Shown one piece after another: positions 40,247 through 50,451 of a DNA stretch of 57,221 bases. Made by a program: the position numbers and the translations under genes. The stretch comes from a bacterium. Lineage in GTDB: Bacteria; Hinthialibacterota; Hinthialibacteria; Hinthialibacterales; Hinthialibacteraceae. Every line of letters begins with the position of its first letter. Position 1 is the stretch's first letter. Where the stretch lies: positions 1 through 57,221 of the forward strand of contig CAXXSM010000096.1 of NCBI GenBank assembly GCA_963663405.2, written 5' to 3'. The notes below the pieces were generated by a model. That model was not told the DNA's origin. It saw nothing but the letters and a program-made list of their open reading frames with translations, and searched no databases.

Positions 40247-41686
40247 CTAACGCAAAGCGTTCTTCTTGTTCTTTTCTTCCATGATGACTTTGTAGCGTTT
40301 CGTTTGACGTCTTTTTTGGAGCCCTTTTTTGAATCCTTCCAAACGTCTTTGTGTGAGTAACACATGGGGCCGGTATTCATTTTCGGGAATATAAAGAAGA
40401 GCGGTATCAATGAGCTGTTCCGCCCGGTCGGTTTCCAGAAACGAAGATTCAATCATCGCCAGCCAATACATGATCTCCGCCGCGCAGTCATCGTTTTCAG
40501 CATATTCGAGCGCAGCCATCAACATATCTTTTGCTAATTGACGTTGCTTTTTCAATGCCTGTAGCGCGCCATACCAAAAGGTGGCCTTGGCCTTCGTTTT
40601 TTGGTCGACCATGTCATTGTCCATTAATTCTAGACAAATCTCTGCGGCTTCATCATTTTTTTCTTCCTCATGTAAACCACGCGCCTTAAAAAAAAGCATG
40701 GGATGGTACAACATAACGTATTTTTCTTTATCTTCTTCTAGGAATGGCAACACTATATCAAATGCATGTTGAAAATAAGCTCCACCGAAGGATTTATTCT
40801 TATGCAAATCACAATCCGAAATGAGATCGCAGACTCTTTTGATATCGTTTAAAACATCCTCTTTACGATCTGGATTCCGATCGATATATTCGTTTAACGA
40901 TTCCTTAAATCCATTCGGATCGTCTTTCAAAATGTAGATCACAGCTTTGTACAAAGGAAAGTTAGCATGATAATCCGAATCAGATTCACTGAATATCTCA
41001 CTGTTTTTATCTTCGTTATCCAAGCATTGCAACGCGCGGGTGTGATCACTATCAAGCGACTTTGAAATAGCGGATAAAGCAGTTTCGATTTCAGGATCGT
41101 TGAATTCGAGTCCGCGGCGCACTGCTGGATATAAATTCACATCTGGATGGTTCAACTTGTAAAGAATGGAGATTTTAAGCACATCCAATGCATCCCCATT
41201 AATCCCGGTTCCCGATTGTTTTAAATCGATTTCCAATTGAAGAGCTTGGTCGAATTCATCGTTTTCAAGCAATATGTCCAGATAAATTCGATCGGCGTTT
41301 TCCCATTGTTGAGATAAAGCGTGTTTAAGAATCGACTCGGAGTTTTCCGCATCACCCATCTTCCAGAGAATCCGCGCCTTGGCTAATTCAAGACGATTCG
41401 CATTCAAGCCTTGTGCGTTTAACCGGTCAATGCTGTTTTCAATTAACTGTAAAGCTTCTTTCTCTTGATTAAGTGAAGAAGAAAATTTTGCCAAGCGTTC
41501 GGCTGATTCATCAATCAGAAATTGATCTTCGCTGGTTTCAAGTGTAATGGAAAAATAATCGTAACGTGCTGATACATCTACATTTTTGTCGTACAACGCT
41601 TTTTCCTTAATTGAATCAATCTCTTGCGCATAACAAACGCAAGCGATTCCTATGAAAATGATACTATAAAACAAACTATTTTTCAT
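40247..41686 (-). CDS. Secreted TPR-like alpha-helical protein
   Basis: Signal peptide ending CYA|Q; LAKARILWKMGD, FWYGAL and MYWLAMI TPR-like helices. Confidence 0.75.
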   Translation of the reverse strand: MKNSLFYSIIFIGIACVCYAQEIDSIKEKALYDKNVDVSARYDYFSITLETSEDQFLIDESAERLAKFSSSLNQEKEALQLIENSIDRLNAQGLNANRLELAKARILWKMGDAENSESILKHALSQQWENADRIYLDILLENDEFDQALQLEIDLKQSGTGINGDALDVLKISILYKLNHPDVNLYPAVRRGLEFNDPEIETALSAISKSLDSDHTRALQCLDNEDKNSEIFSESDSDYHANFPLYKAVIYILKDDPNGFKESLNEYIDRNPDRKEDVLNDIKRVCDLISDCDLHKNKSFGGAYFQHAFDIVLPFLEEDKEKYVMLYHPMLFFKARGLHEEEKNDEAAEICLELMDNDMVDQKTKAKATFWYGALQALKKQRQLAKDMLMAALEYAENDDCAAEIMYWLAMIESSFLETDRAEQLIDTALLYIPENEYRPHVLLTQRRLEGFKKGLQKRRQTKRYKVIMEEKNKKNALR

Positions 41687-42154
41687 TGTTTCATTCCTTC
41701 CAATTTGCGCATTTCAGTAAAATATTTTCAATTTACAACAATTAATTATTCTATTACCTTAATTAGCATCGATTGTTTATTATGCATCCTCCTTTCATAT
41801 AAAAAGAAATATTTCTTTACAACAAAATATGAAGCACAATAGATAATGCAAATATTAATTATTATTGGTAATATCGTATAGATATGTAATTTACGCCGAC
41901 ATAATACAATATAGGTAAATCAAAAAGAATTATCAATACAATTTTTAAAATTTAGTGATTTTTCTAAATATATAAAATAACATATAAGACTATTAATATA
42001 TGAAGAAATTGCATTTTGATTGATAAAGATCACCATTTGCACTGCAAATGATTATCTAAATAATGATTCAGTAATTGATTAAATGTATAAGGAGATAGAA
42101 GAAATGAAAAAGTGTAGAAGTTAAGTAGGTTTCCAATATGAATGAAAGAAAAAT

Positions 42155-42364
42155 CTACGCCGCAAGCGCCTTAATCACCAGAATCGCGCTTAACAAACAG
42201 AGTGGCGCTCCGATCAGAATCAACGGCCCCATACAACATAAACACGCGCCTATACCAAAGAAGATCAATCCCACAAACAAACCTAACAGCCTCCCCATCG
42301 CTTCCAGCAGAAAAACCACCAGTTTTAATGGAGCCAGTAACAATCCCCCCAATACAGACAGCAT
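42155..42364 (-). CDS. Small hydrophobic membrane protein
   Basis: AAGGA RBS; 69 aa, almost entirely hydrophobic; follows the TPR gene. Confidence 0.65.
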   Translation of the reverse strand: MLSVLGGLLLAPLKLVVFLLEAMGRLLGLFVGLIFFGIGACLCCMGPLILIGAPLCLLSAILVIKALAA

Positions 42365-42386
42365 CTCGTAATTCCTTTCACGTTAA

Positions 42387-43487
42387 TTATTTTTCAAGGC
42401 TTTTCTCGATCGCCAGGTTCAGATTTTGGCGGATCCGCGCGTCGTTTTTCCCACGTTTGATCGCGGCCTCGAGGGCATGGATCGCTTCATTATATCGTTC
42501 CACCATCAGATAGCAAACACCGAGATTGTTATAATCATCCGCCGTGCAATTCTCAAGGAGAGTCACCTTTTCCAAGTGAGGCAGCGCTTTCTCCGGCTGT
42601 TTTTCTTTCAAATAGAGCGCGCCGAGTAGACTGTGCATACGCCCCTGGCCAGGCGCGAGTTCCAGGCCTTTCTCCAGACATTCGATCGCTCGATCGTTGT
42701 CTCTGGCTTTGATATATTCGATCCCGGCTTGGAACCACCGGTTTGGATTTTTTGGGTTGATTCGCAGCAGACGGTATTGTTCGGCGAGAGTGTCCTTCCG
42801 CTTCTTCAATTCTTGATAGAGTTTCAATTCCGCTCTGGCTTCCTCCATTTTCTTCTGCAGCGACAACACGCGCCCCAAATCGCGGTGCGGATCAGGATCG
42901 GCCGGATCGAGCAGGATGGCCTTCCGCAACGCCTTTTCGGCCTCTTCGTACTCCTTTTGATTTAAGTGGTATTGACCCAGCCCATAATATCCATTCGGAG
43001 ATTCCGGCGCGGTTTTCACCAGTTCTTCATACACGGCTTTCGCCTCATCATACCGGTGCAATTCCATCAACACGCCCCCCAGCAGATGACGGGGCCGCTC
43101 GTAGCCGGCGTCGGCTTCGATTGCTTTCTCATAGTATTCGATCGCCTTTTCAAAATCCTGTTCCTGGGTTTTGAAGTAGATCCCAATCATCGTCAAGGTT
43201 TCAGCGTGTTTCGGATTAATTTCAACAACTTTGCTGAAGGCTTGATACGCCTCTTCCAATTGATTCAAGCCGATATGCTGTTTCCCCAATCCCAAATACA
43301 ACCGCCAATCACCTGGATTGAGCTCGATCGCTTTCCGGTACCAATCAACCGCCTCTTGATAGAGATACCTCTCTTCCGCCTGATGAGCTTTTTTCAAATA
43401 AAAACTATAATTCACCGGATCACTTGGTTGCGCGAAAGACGCGAGTGAAAAAAACATTAGATAAACGAAAAGAAGGATCCGTATCAT
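42387..43487 (-). CDS. Secreted tetratricopeptide repeat protein
   Basis: Signal peptide; multiple A...Y.KAIELNP TPR units. Confidence 0.9.
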   Translation of the reverse strand: MIRILLFVYLMFFSLASFAQPSDPVNYSFYLKKAHQAEERYLYQEAVDWYRKAIELNPGDWRLYLGLGKQHIGLNQLEEAYQAFSKVVEINPKHAETLTMIGIYFKTQEQDFEKAIEYYEKAIEADAGYERPRHLLGGVLMELHRYDEAKAVYEELVKTAPESPNGYYGLGQYHLNQKEYEEAEKALRKAILLDPADPDPHRDLGRVLSLQKKMEEARAELKLYQELKKRKDTLAEQYRLLRINPKNPNRWFQAGIEYIKARDNDRAIECLEKGLELAPGQGRMHSLLGALYLKEKQPEKALPHLEKVTLLENCTADDYNNLGVCYLMVERYNEAIHALEAAIKRGKNDARIRQNLNLAIEKSLEK

Positions 43488-43768
43488 GAGACAATCTCCA
43501 CCAGAATAGAAACACCGTTATAATACGCTATTTGAACATGCAAATTATTGATCTTACGCAAAAAACAAACGAAGTCGTCATGCAGAACAGGCGTTCCGGT
43601 CGCAAAACAATGGATTTATTTCCTGTATTCTACACGAAAGTAATTTAAAAACGCAACTACTAACCACAATCTCATCGAACCAAAAGAGCTGGCGCACAAG
43701 TAGTCCCAAAACCCACATTTAAGAATTGGCTGGATACGTTGATCTGGTCAAGGATGAGTTGAAAAGAT

Positions 43769-43872
43769 GAGAATTCGTATAAACTATCATGATTGAAATC
43801 ACAACGTGTAAATGAAAATGAGTCGCGGAAGTGTTTGCAAATGAGAAAGTACAGGGGACTCATTTTCATATA
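43769..43872 (-). repeat. Dispersed palindromic repeat, copy B
   Basis: TGAAAATGAGTC-N32-GACTCATTTTCA perfect 12-bp arms, immediately after the hisN stop codon. Confidence 0.85.
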
Positions 43873-43878
43873 AAAGGG

Positions 43879-44640
43879 TTATATTGTGGTGAGAATGTCC
43901 GTCAGGGCGGTGTGGAGGACGCCGTTCGAGGCGAGCGCGTTTTTCATGGTAAGAGACCGGTCTCCATCGAGGCTTGAAAATCGGCCACTGGCTTCTTCGA
44001 CGAGGATCATGAGCGGGGCGGTATCCCAAACGTGCATACTCGATTCATACATCGCATCCGCATCGCCCCGCGCAACGAGCATGAATCCATAACAATCCGA
44101 CCACCCTCGAACAAGACCGCATTCCCGCATCAACCGCAGAAGCGCTTTTTCGCCATGATATTTAAGGATTTTTGGGGCGGTGGTGATTAAAACAGTGGCT
44201 TTGGAAATCGAATCTGTCTCTGAAACCCGGCAGCGCTCACCATTGAAATAGCATCCACCCCCGCTGAATGCCGCGATTGTGTCGCCCAAAGGAGGAAAAT
44301 GAACGGCGCCAACCTGACTTTTCCCATTTTCTTCCAGCGCGATCATTGTTCCATACAATGGCACGCCCCGGATGAATGATTTCGTCCCATCGATTGGATC
44401 GAGAATCCAGCGTTTCCCCGATGTGCCCGGCTTTTCTCCGAATTCCTCCCCCAAGATTCCATCCGCGGGAAAGCGTTTTTCAATCTCGTTTCGAATAAAT
44501 TCTTCAGTAGACCGGTCGGCCACCGTGACGGGGGATTCATCGGCTTTCATTTCAATCTGGATATCTTTTTTGAAATAGTGCAATGTGCCGGCGCCCGCGC
44601 GTTTGGCGAGATCCACCGTGAAATCATAAAGTTCCTTCAT
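43879..44640 (-). CDS. hisN: Histidinol-phosphate phosphatase, inositol monophosphatase family
   Basis: K.DESPVTVADR, GEEFG, WILDPIDGTKSFIRGVPLYGTMI, RGWSDCYG and WDTAP motifs. Confidence 0.8.
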   Translation of the reverse strand: MKELYDFTVDLAKRAGAGTLHYFKKDIQIEMKADESPVTVADRSTEEFIRNEIEKRFPADGILGEEFGEKPGTSGKRWILDPIDGTKSFIRGVPLYGTMIALEENGKSQVGAVHFPPLGDTIAAFSGGGCYFNGERCRVSETDSISKATVLITTAPKILKYHGEKALLRLMRECGLVRGWSDCYGFMLVARGDADAMYESSMHVWDTAPLMILVEEASGRFSSLDGDRSLTMKNALASNGVLHTALTDILTTI

Positions 44641-44754
44641 GAACGCTACCCTCCCTTTCTTTCCATATACAATCAATATGGATCAGTAAATAAATTCCCC
44701 CTTGCGGGCAGTTAGTTGAAGATTGCAATGGAAAGGATTGTAAACAAGCGATGA

Positions 44755-45693
44755 TTAAATCTTCAGTTCTTTCTGCATTTTCAGTTTTTTCGCTTCACGG
44801 GTGAGTTGGTCATTAAAATACTTATATTTACGGGCTTTGACAATTTTTGCCGCTTTTCGTAAGGAGAGACGGGCCTCATTGATAGAGTCGACTTTTTGGT
44901 ACGCTGTCACCAAGTCCAGAAGCGTCACAACCGAATTACTATGCGATTCGAGAGATTTTTCTAAATAGGGGATCGCTTTTTCCGCGTCATTCAAGTTTTC
45001 CAGGTAGGTTTTACCGATGGCGTGATAGGTGTTGGGGAGATGTAATTTCTCTTCGGTTGTGAGTTCCCGTTCATCCGCGATTCGAAGTACCTGCTTGAGA
45101 TAATCGATTCCTTCTTCATATTTTTTCAATTTCCGAATATAAAGCGTGCCGAGATGATGCGCGGCAAAGATATTCTGCGGATTATCCCGTTGCACTTCCC
45201 GCAGCATCTGTTCCGCTTTCTTAACATCACCGCCCAGCCAACCGGGAACATCCCGCAACAAAACCGCATAGCCGACACGGGCCCGTTCACTCGATGGATC
45301 GGCTTGAATCGCTTTTGTGTACAAAGCGTATATTTTCCGCCCTTCCCCGAGCATAGAGAGCTTGGGGGTACCTTTTTTACCCCGCTCCGAGAGAACCCGC
45401 GCCGAGGATTGCGCGAGCCAACAGAGATAATCCGAATTGTCCGGCTCCTGCTCGACACATTGTTTGAAACACGTTTCCGCTTCGGTATATTTCTCATGAA
45501 GAAATAACTCTTTCCCCTCATCAAATAGTTTTTTCGAATTGGAAATGCTTCGTGTTTTTATATCCGCGCAGGCGTATGGGCTAAACAGCAGAACGATCAA
45601 CATCCATTTCAGACACTCACTTCCGGAGTGTTGTTTAAGGCGTAATATCATAGATACCCCCAGATATGGTTTAACAAAAGTGTATTGTATCAC
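44755..45693 (-). CDS. Tetratricopeptide repeat protein, probably exported
   Basis: Hydrophobic signal-like segment then TPR units; VPGWLGGD..KA motif; exact start uncertain. Confidence 0.75.
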   Translation of the reverse strand: MIQYTFVKPYLGVSMILRLKQHSGSECLKWMLIVLLFSPYACADIKTRSISNSKKLFDEGKELFLHEKYTEAETCFKQCVEQEPDNSDYLCWLAQSSARVLSERGKKGTPKLSMLGEGRKIYALYTKAIQADPSSERARVGYAVLLRDVPGWLGGDVKKAEQMLREVQRDNPQNIFAAHHLGTLYIRKLKKYEEGIDYLKQVLRIADERELTTEEKLHLPNTYHAIGKTYLENLNDAEKAIPYLEKSLESHSNSVVTLLDLVTAYQKVDSINEARLSLRKAAKIVKARKYKYFNDQLTREAKKLKMQKELKI

Positions 45694-45916
45694 GCTTCTT
45701 CCCCGTGTGGAACGTCTTACGGAGGAAAGCGATCAATCCCTCACATATTATAGTATCGTAAAGTAAGAATAACGGGCTGGAATACACCGCAATCCTAGGA
45801 GAAAACCAACAAAAATGTTATATAAGTATAAAGATTCGGATTTTATAATGTAAAAGCGCCGCAATATCAATTGAGTCGATGTGTATTTGCGGTGGTTCTT
45901 CATATCTCCAAAAAAC

Positions 45917-45998
45917 GATTAAGATCGCAACGTGTAAATGAAAATGAATCGCGGCAGGATAAGGATTGATAGAGTCTACGAGACTCATTTTTCTATAA
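45917..45998 (-). repeat. Dispersed palindromic repeat, copy C
   Basis: GATCGCAACGTGTAAATGAAAATGAATC-N32-GACTCATTTT, same orientation as copy B. Confidence 0.8.
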
Positions 45999-46070
45999 AA
46001 AAGAAATTATTCCGGTTTGACTCTCGTATTAATGATTGAGTGACAAAAAAGTTATAATCTAGCCAGTCAA

Positions 46071-46172
46071 TTGAAAATGAGTCTCAAGAACTATCTCATT
46101 CGCAAATTCTTCTACGGCTCATTTTTACTTTGTAGGTTATGATCTCAATCATGATGGTTTGGATGAATTCTC
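46071..46172 (+). repeat. Dispersed palindromic repeat, copy D (inverted relative to C)
   Basis: TGAAAATGAGTC-N32-GGCTCATTTTTACTTTGTAGGTTATGATCTCAATCATGATGGTTTGGATGAATTCTC. Confidence 0.8.
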
Positions 46173-46303
46173 TATTCGATCGGCGTTGAGGTTTTTTATT
46201 CATTCCAAAATATCAGGCCTTTCATCTTGCAAGGGCTTTTTAGCTGAAGCATAATGACCGATGTAGTTCTATACAGAATTCGTGAGGAGCGAAATGAGAG
46301 CGA

Positions 46304-47560
46304 TTGGTTTTTTCGATGAAGATATGTGATGTTGTGCAATTTTATAGTCCTCTCGGCGGTGGAGTAAAACGATATTTAAGCGATAAAATGCGTTTTTTCT
46401 CCCAACAAAACGATGTCGAGCACATGGCGATCGTTCCGTCAGATCGCAACGCGGTGACGGTTCATGGTGTGACACGGTTTTATGAAATCCGATCCCCAAA
46501 ACTGATTGGCTCGCAAAGTTACCGCCTGCTAATAAATCGAAAGAAAATCCTTTCAATCATCGGCCAGGAGAGGCCGGACCTCATCGAAGTCGGGGATCCC
46601 TATCGTTCCGCCTGGATCGCCCTGGAAGCCGCTTCTAAGCACAAAATCCCTATTGTCGCATTTTATCATTCAGACTTTCCCCGCGCGTTGGGCCGGACAA
46701 TCAGCCGATTCTGCGGGTATTGGATCGAACAATTTTTATCGCATCGGATTCACCGGTATGTGGTCGACCTTTACAACCGCATGAGCGCCACTGTTGTGGC
46801 CAGCGAACATTTGCATCATGTATTAACTGACTGTGGAATCAAACGATTGGTTCGGATCCCTCTCGGCACGGATATATCCACGTTTCATCCCCATCCACGC
46901 GCGGAGAATCTCCGGAAAGAATTGGGACTCTCACAAGACGATACGTTACTGCTTTTTGTAGGGCGGCTGGCGCGCGAAAAGAATATTCGATCGCTGATCG
47001 GCATGATGGATATCCTGACAACACAGTCCAACGAACAAGGCCGGTATCACCTCCTTGTGGTTGGCGATGGCGAACTGCGCCGGTATATCGAAAAACAAAC
47101 CGCGAAAAGAAATCATTTAACATGGTTCCGCTATTCGGAATCAGCGGAACAATTAGCCACCTGTTACACCGCCGCCGATCTCTTTGTCCATGCGGGTTGC
47201 TGGGAAACATTCGGAATCACCTCCCTTGAAGCGCAGGCGTGTGGAACACGCGTGTTATGTGTACAGGGAGGGGGGCTTGATGAAACGGTCCAGGGAGAAG
47301 AACCGCTCATCCAAGCGAAATCTTCCTCTCCCGAAGATTTAGCGGAAGGGATCCGGCGCATACAACGGCTTCCATCGTATCCGGATTCCGAGACACGCCG
47401 CCACCGAATCGTTGAAAGCTTTTCGATTCATCTCACACTCGAACGATTGCTGGATTTATATAAAAGCCTATTGCGGGAAGAACCCGTCGAACAATTCTCG
47501 ATCGCCACATTGGAGGAAAAAAAGAATGAGTTACGTCATCCGGCCATACTCGCCGGATGA
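46304..47560 (+). CDS. Glycosyltransferase family 4 (GT-B)
   Basis: FYSP.GGGV.RY, FVGRLAREKN and ETFGITSLEAQACG (EX7E) motifs. Confidence 0.9.
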   Translation: MVFSMKICDVVQFYSPLGGGVKRYLSDKMRFFSQQNDVEHMAIVPSDRNAVTVHGVTRFYEIRSPKLIGSQSYRLLINRKKILSIIGQERPDLIEVGDPYRSAWIALEAASKHKIPIVAFYHSDFPRALGRTISRFCGYWIEQFLSHRIHRYVVDLYNRMSATVVASEHLHHVLTDCGIKRLVRIPLGTDISTFHPHPRAENLRKELGLSQDDTLLLFVGRLAREKNIRSLIGMMDILTTQSNEQGRYHLLVVGDGELRRYIEKQTAKRNHLTWFRYSESAEQLATCYTAADLFVHAGCWETFGITSLEAQACGTRVLCVQGGGLDETVQGEEPLIQAKSSSPEDLAEGIRRIQRLPSYPDSETRRHRIVESFSIHLTLERLLDLYKSLLREEPVEQFSIATLEEKKNELRHPAILAG

Positions 47561-48188
47561 CCGGCGAGCTGTCCGGCGGATATGCTGTGAAACCGGCTTC
47601 TCCGGCAATCCCGTCGATCCACTCTTTTGCGATCGGGATGTATTCGCTGATTTTTTTACACGGTACTACACAGATTGGGAACCGGAACATTCACTCGTCG
47701 CAGAATATGATGGGGAAGTGATTGGGTATTTGAACGCCTGTTTTCGATACCGGTATCATTCCTTCGTCATGGCGTTTCTCCTTCCTTTCCTGATCATCCC
47801 AAAAGCAGGTTGGCGGTTTCTCAGCGGCCAATACGATCAAAACAGCCGGGTATTTCTGAAATGGTGTTGTTTCAACGCTTCAAAAGAAACACCCAAAGCG
47901 CCTAAACATTCCGCTCATTTTCACTTTAATTTCCTGCCGGAACACCGCAATACAGGAGCGGGAATACGGTTGCTGAGAGCTTTTGTCAAACTCTTACAGG
48001 AAAAACAGGTGTCTCGTGTATATGGGCAAATTCAAACCGGGAACGACCGCCGTCCCGACCGGGTATTTGAGCGGTTTGGCTTCACGCTGTTTGACCGGCG
48101 CCTAATTACAAAGTTCCAACGCTTTCATGATCGGAACGTCTATGTCTCCACCTTTATCCGGGAAATGGATCAACCGGGCTGGGAATAA
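47526..48188 (+). CDS. GNAT-family N-acetyltransferase
   Basis: IRPY...DR.AV..IC..TG, VAEYDGEVIGY, HFNFLPEHRNTGAG..LL and FERFGF motifs; GGAGG RBS. Confidence 0.8.
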   Translation: MSYVIRPYSPDDRRAVRRICCETGFSGNPVDPLFCDRDVFADFFTRYYTDWEPEHSLVAEYDGEVIGYLNACFRYRYHSFVMAFLLPFLIIPKAGWRFLSGQYDQNSRVFLKWCCFNASKETPKAPKHSAHFHFNFLPEHRNTGAGIRLLRAFVKLLQEKQVSRVYGQIQTGNDRRPDRVFERFGFTLFDRRLITKFQRFHDRNVYVSTFIREMDQPGWE

Positions 48189-48346
48189 ATACGGAACGAA
48201 ATATTGAAATGTGGTGAAATAGTAAAAAACTGGAATCTGAAATAGGAAACAACAGATATTAGTATTGAAAGATATCCACAAACAATACTTGGTTTCATCT
48301 GGAAGCGCCGAACCTGTTTTCTCACAATGTTTGTCATAATCGAATA

Positions 48347-49144
48347 ATGGATTATATAAAAAAAACACATAAAAAAATCAATAAAAAGAAGTACCTTGCC
48401 GTTTCGTTTCACGATTTAGCGCCGCATTCGGAAACGATCTGTGAACAGTTTTTGGAGGATCTTAACAAACTGGGTATTGAACAAATCTCTCTCCTTCTTG
48501 TTCCGGACTGGCATGGCGAGGAACCGATCGAGAGATATCCTGCGTTTATTCGATGGGCGCGGTATTTACGTAAACAAGGGCATGAGATCGTTCTCCACGG
48601 TTATTCACACCGCGCGGATCAAATTCGTGGGAATTGGTATTCTCAAGCAATTGGACGCTACTACACCGCAGGGGAAGGCGAGTTTCAGACCTTGGACTAT
48701 CCGGAAGCGAAAGACAAAATCACTCGTGGAAAACAGATGTTTGACGCCGCCGAATTGCCTGTAGAAGGATTCATTGCGCCGGCATGGCTGCTAAGCAAAG
48801 ACGCCCGGCAAGCCGTCCGCGATGATGGATTTCTTTATACAACCTATTTGATGGAAATCGAGATTCTTGATAGAGAAAAAAAAACGTACGCGCCTACCAT
48901 CGTGTTCAGTTCCCGCAGCGGTTGGCGGCGATGGATCTCTCTCATCTGGACGCGAATCTGGTTTTTCCTTAACCGTAACGAGGAAATTCTGCGTTTGGCC
49001 GTTCATCCCATCGATTTGGAGTACCCAATGATCCGCCTGTCGATTTTATCCATCGCGCGTAAAGCCTTAAAATCCCGGACACCGGTCACTTACGAAGAAT
49101 GGGTCCAGCAAACCACGAGGAATGTCACAAAAGAACTGGTATGA
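48347..49144 (+). CDS. DUF2334 / polysaccharide deacetylase family protein
   Basis: SFHDLAP, HEIVLHGYSH, EGEF, GFIAPAW and LRLAVHP.D motifs. Confidence 0.85.
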   Translation: MDYIKKTHKKINKKKYLAVSFHDLAPHSETICEQFLEDLNKLGIEQISLLLVPDWHGEEPIERYPAFIRWARYLRKQGHEIVLHGYSHRADQIRGNWYSQAIGRYYTAGEGEFQTLDYPEAKDKITRGKQMFDAAELPVEGFIAPAWLLSKDARQAVRDDGFLYTTYLMEIEILDREKKTYAPTIVFSSRSGWRRWISLIWTRIWFFLNRNEEILRLAVHPIDLEYPMIRLSILSIARKALKSRTPVTYEEWVQQTTRNVTKELV

Positions 49145-50263
49145 AACAACCGAATAAATTAACCAGAGCGAAATTGTTACGGTACGCCCTGCAGGGAGTG
49201 GCGCTGGGTGTGCTGGCCGGGATCGCCGTCTTCTTTTATACGCTGAAACCCGAAACGTGGGATTATCTGCGGCAATTTCCGCTGGACTTGGATAATTTTC
49301 CTTTGTGGATTGGTAGGTTTCGCCTGGCTCTGCAATGGCGGCCGGATTATGGTCCTCTCTCACTCACTCGGTCATCCACTCCGATACAAGCAATGCTTGG
49401 CGATCTCTTTATCATCAGAGTTTGGAATCGCTGCCACGCCCGTCGGGATGGGAGGCGCGGTGATCCGTCTGGCCCTGTTGCGAAGAGCCGGAATTTCACT
49501 CGCCCACGGCACATCCATGTTAGCCACCGACGTGGCGCTGGATATCTGCTACTTTCTCCTCCTGCTTCCCCTCGCGATTTACTCCCTAATGCGCAATCAA
49601 AAAATTCTCGCTTTGTTCCAAAAATGGGACAACCGGTCTTGGATTCCGATCCTGATTGGGGCTTTGTTTTTTATCCTATTTATCTATCTGGTTATCCGAT
49701 ACCACCTAATCTGGAGGGGAATCAAAAAAATCGCCGCATGGCCAAAGCTAGATCCGTATCGCTTACCGGCCCGGTTCCGCCTTCTTAAATGGAAACTAAT
49801 CGTAGAAATCCGGCATTTCAAAGAAGGTTTACATATACTCTTCCGTATGCGCCGGTCGGCGGTTCTGATTAATTTCTGCCTGGCGAGTATGCAATGGACC
49901 TGCCGTTACAGCATTCTGCCGCTCATTCTGTACGCGTTTTCATTAATCAACGATCCCATTCCACTTTTCCTGTTGCAGGGATTGTTATTCTCCGCGTCTC
50001 TGCTGTTTGTGCTGCCGGGTGGTGGAGGAGGAGTGGAAATGACAACGGCGTTTATCCTAGGCCTGCTGATTCCCAAAGCGCTGGTCGGGGTTGTGCTCCT
50101 GCTCTGGCGTTTTTTCACCTACCATCTCTACTTGGCGGGAGGAGGCGTCGCCTTCACCCTCGTCTGCGCGTATCTCAATACACTCTTCCCCCCCGCGAAT
50201 GGTATGGAAGAAGATGAGGGGATTACGTTTCAGAACGACGGGAATGTAAAGGTGGAGATTTGA
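49141..50263 (+). CDS. Lysylphosphatidylglycerol synthase TM-domain (UPF0104) flippase-like protein; one apparent frameshift near 49279
   Basis: ATGA overlap with the upstream gene; ATPVGMGG, PGGGGGVE and LLWRFFTYHL motifs. Confidence 0.85.
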
Positions 50264-50310
50264 CTTGGGATAAGCAAATATAACTATGCGGATTCGACAG
50301 ATTGACGCTA

Positions 50311-50444
50311 TTTTGTCTGAATCAGGATTGTCATAATTTAAGGATATTCAGTATGTTAATTCCACACTGGTATCATTCTTTCAAAGATAATATTATTATA
50401 ATCCCAATCATCCTTTTATCCTGTCCATCCTGATTCTGACAAAA
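50311..50444. repeat. MITE/REP-like element with 18-bp terminal inverted repeats between convergent genes
   Basis: TTTTGTCTGAATCAGGAT (50311-50328) and ATCCTGATTCTGACAAAA (50427-50444), one mismatch. Confidence 0.75.
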
Positions 50445-50451
50445 GAAAACA

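Noticed and set aside
43672-43869. 65-aa ORF MKMSPLYF...
   Set aside because: It arises from the repeat element; the frame is not preserved in the other copies
43795-43885. Repeat copy B as an integron attC site (hisN stop lies in ATATAAC, with GTTGTGA at the other end)
   Set aside because: Core sites deviate from RYYYAAC/GTTRRRY, the other three copies lack the AAC end, orientations are mixed, the adjacent gene is housekeeping, and no integrase is present
35008-46172. Palindromic repeats with 31-32 nt variable cores as a CRISPR array
   Set aside because: Copies are dispersed over 11 kb, the arms are inverted rather than direct, and there are no cas genes
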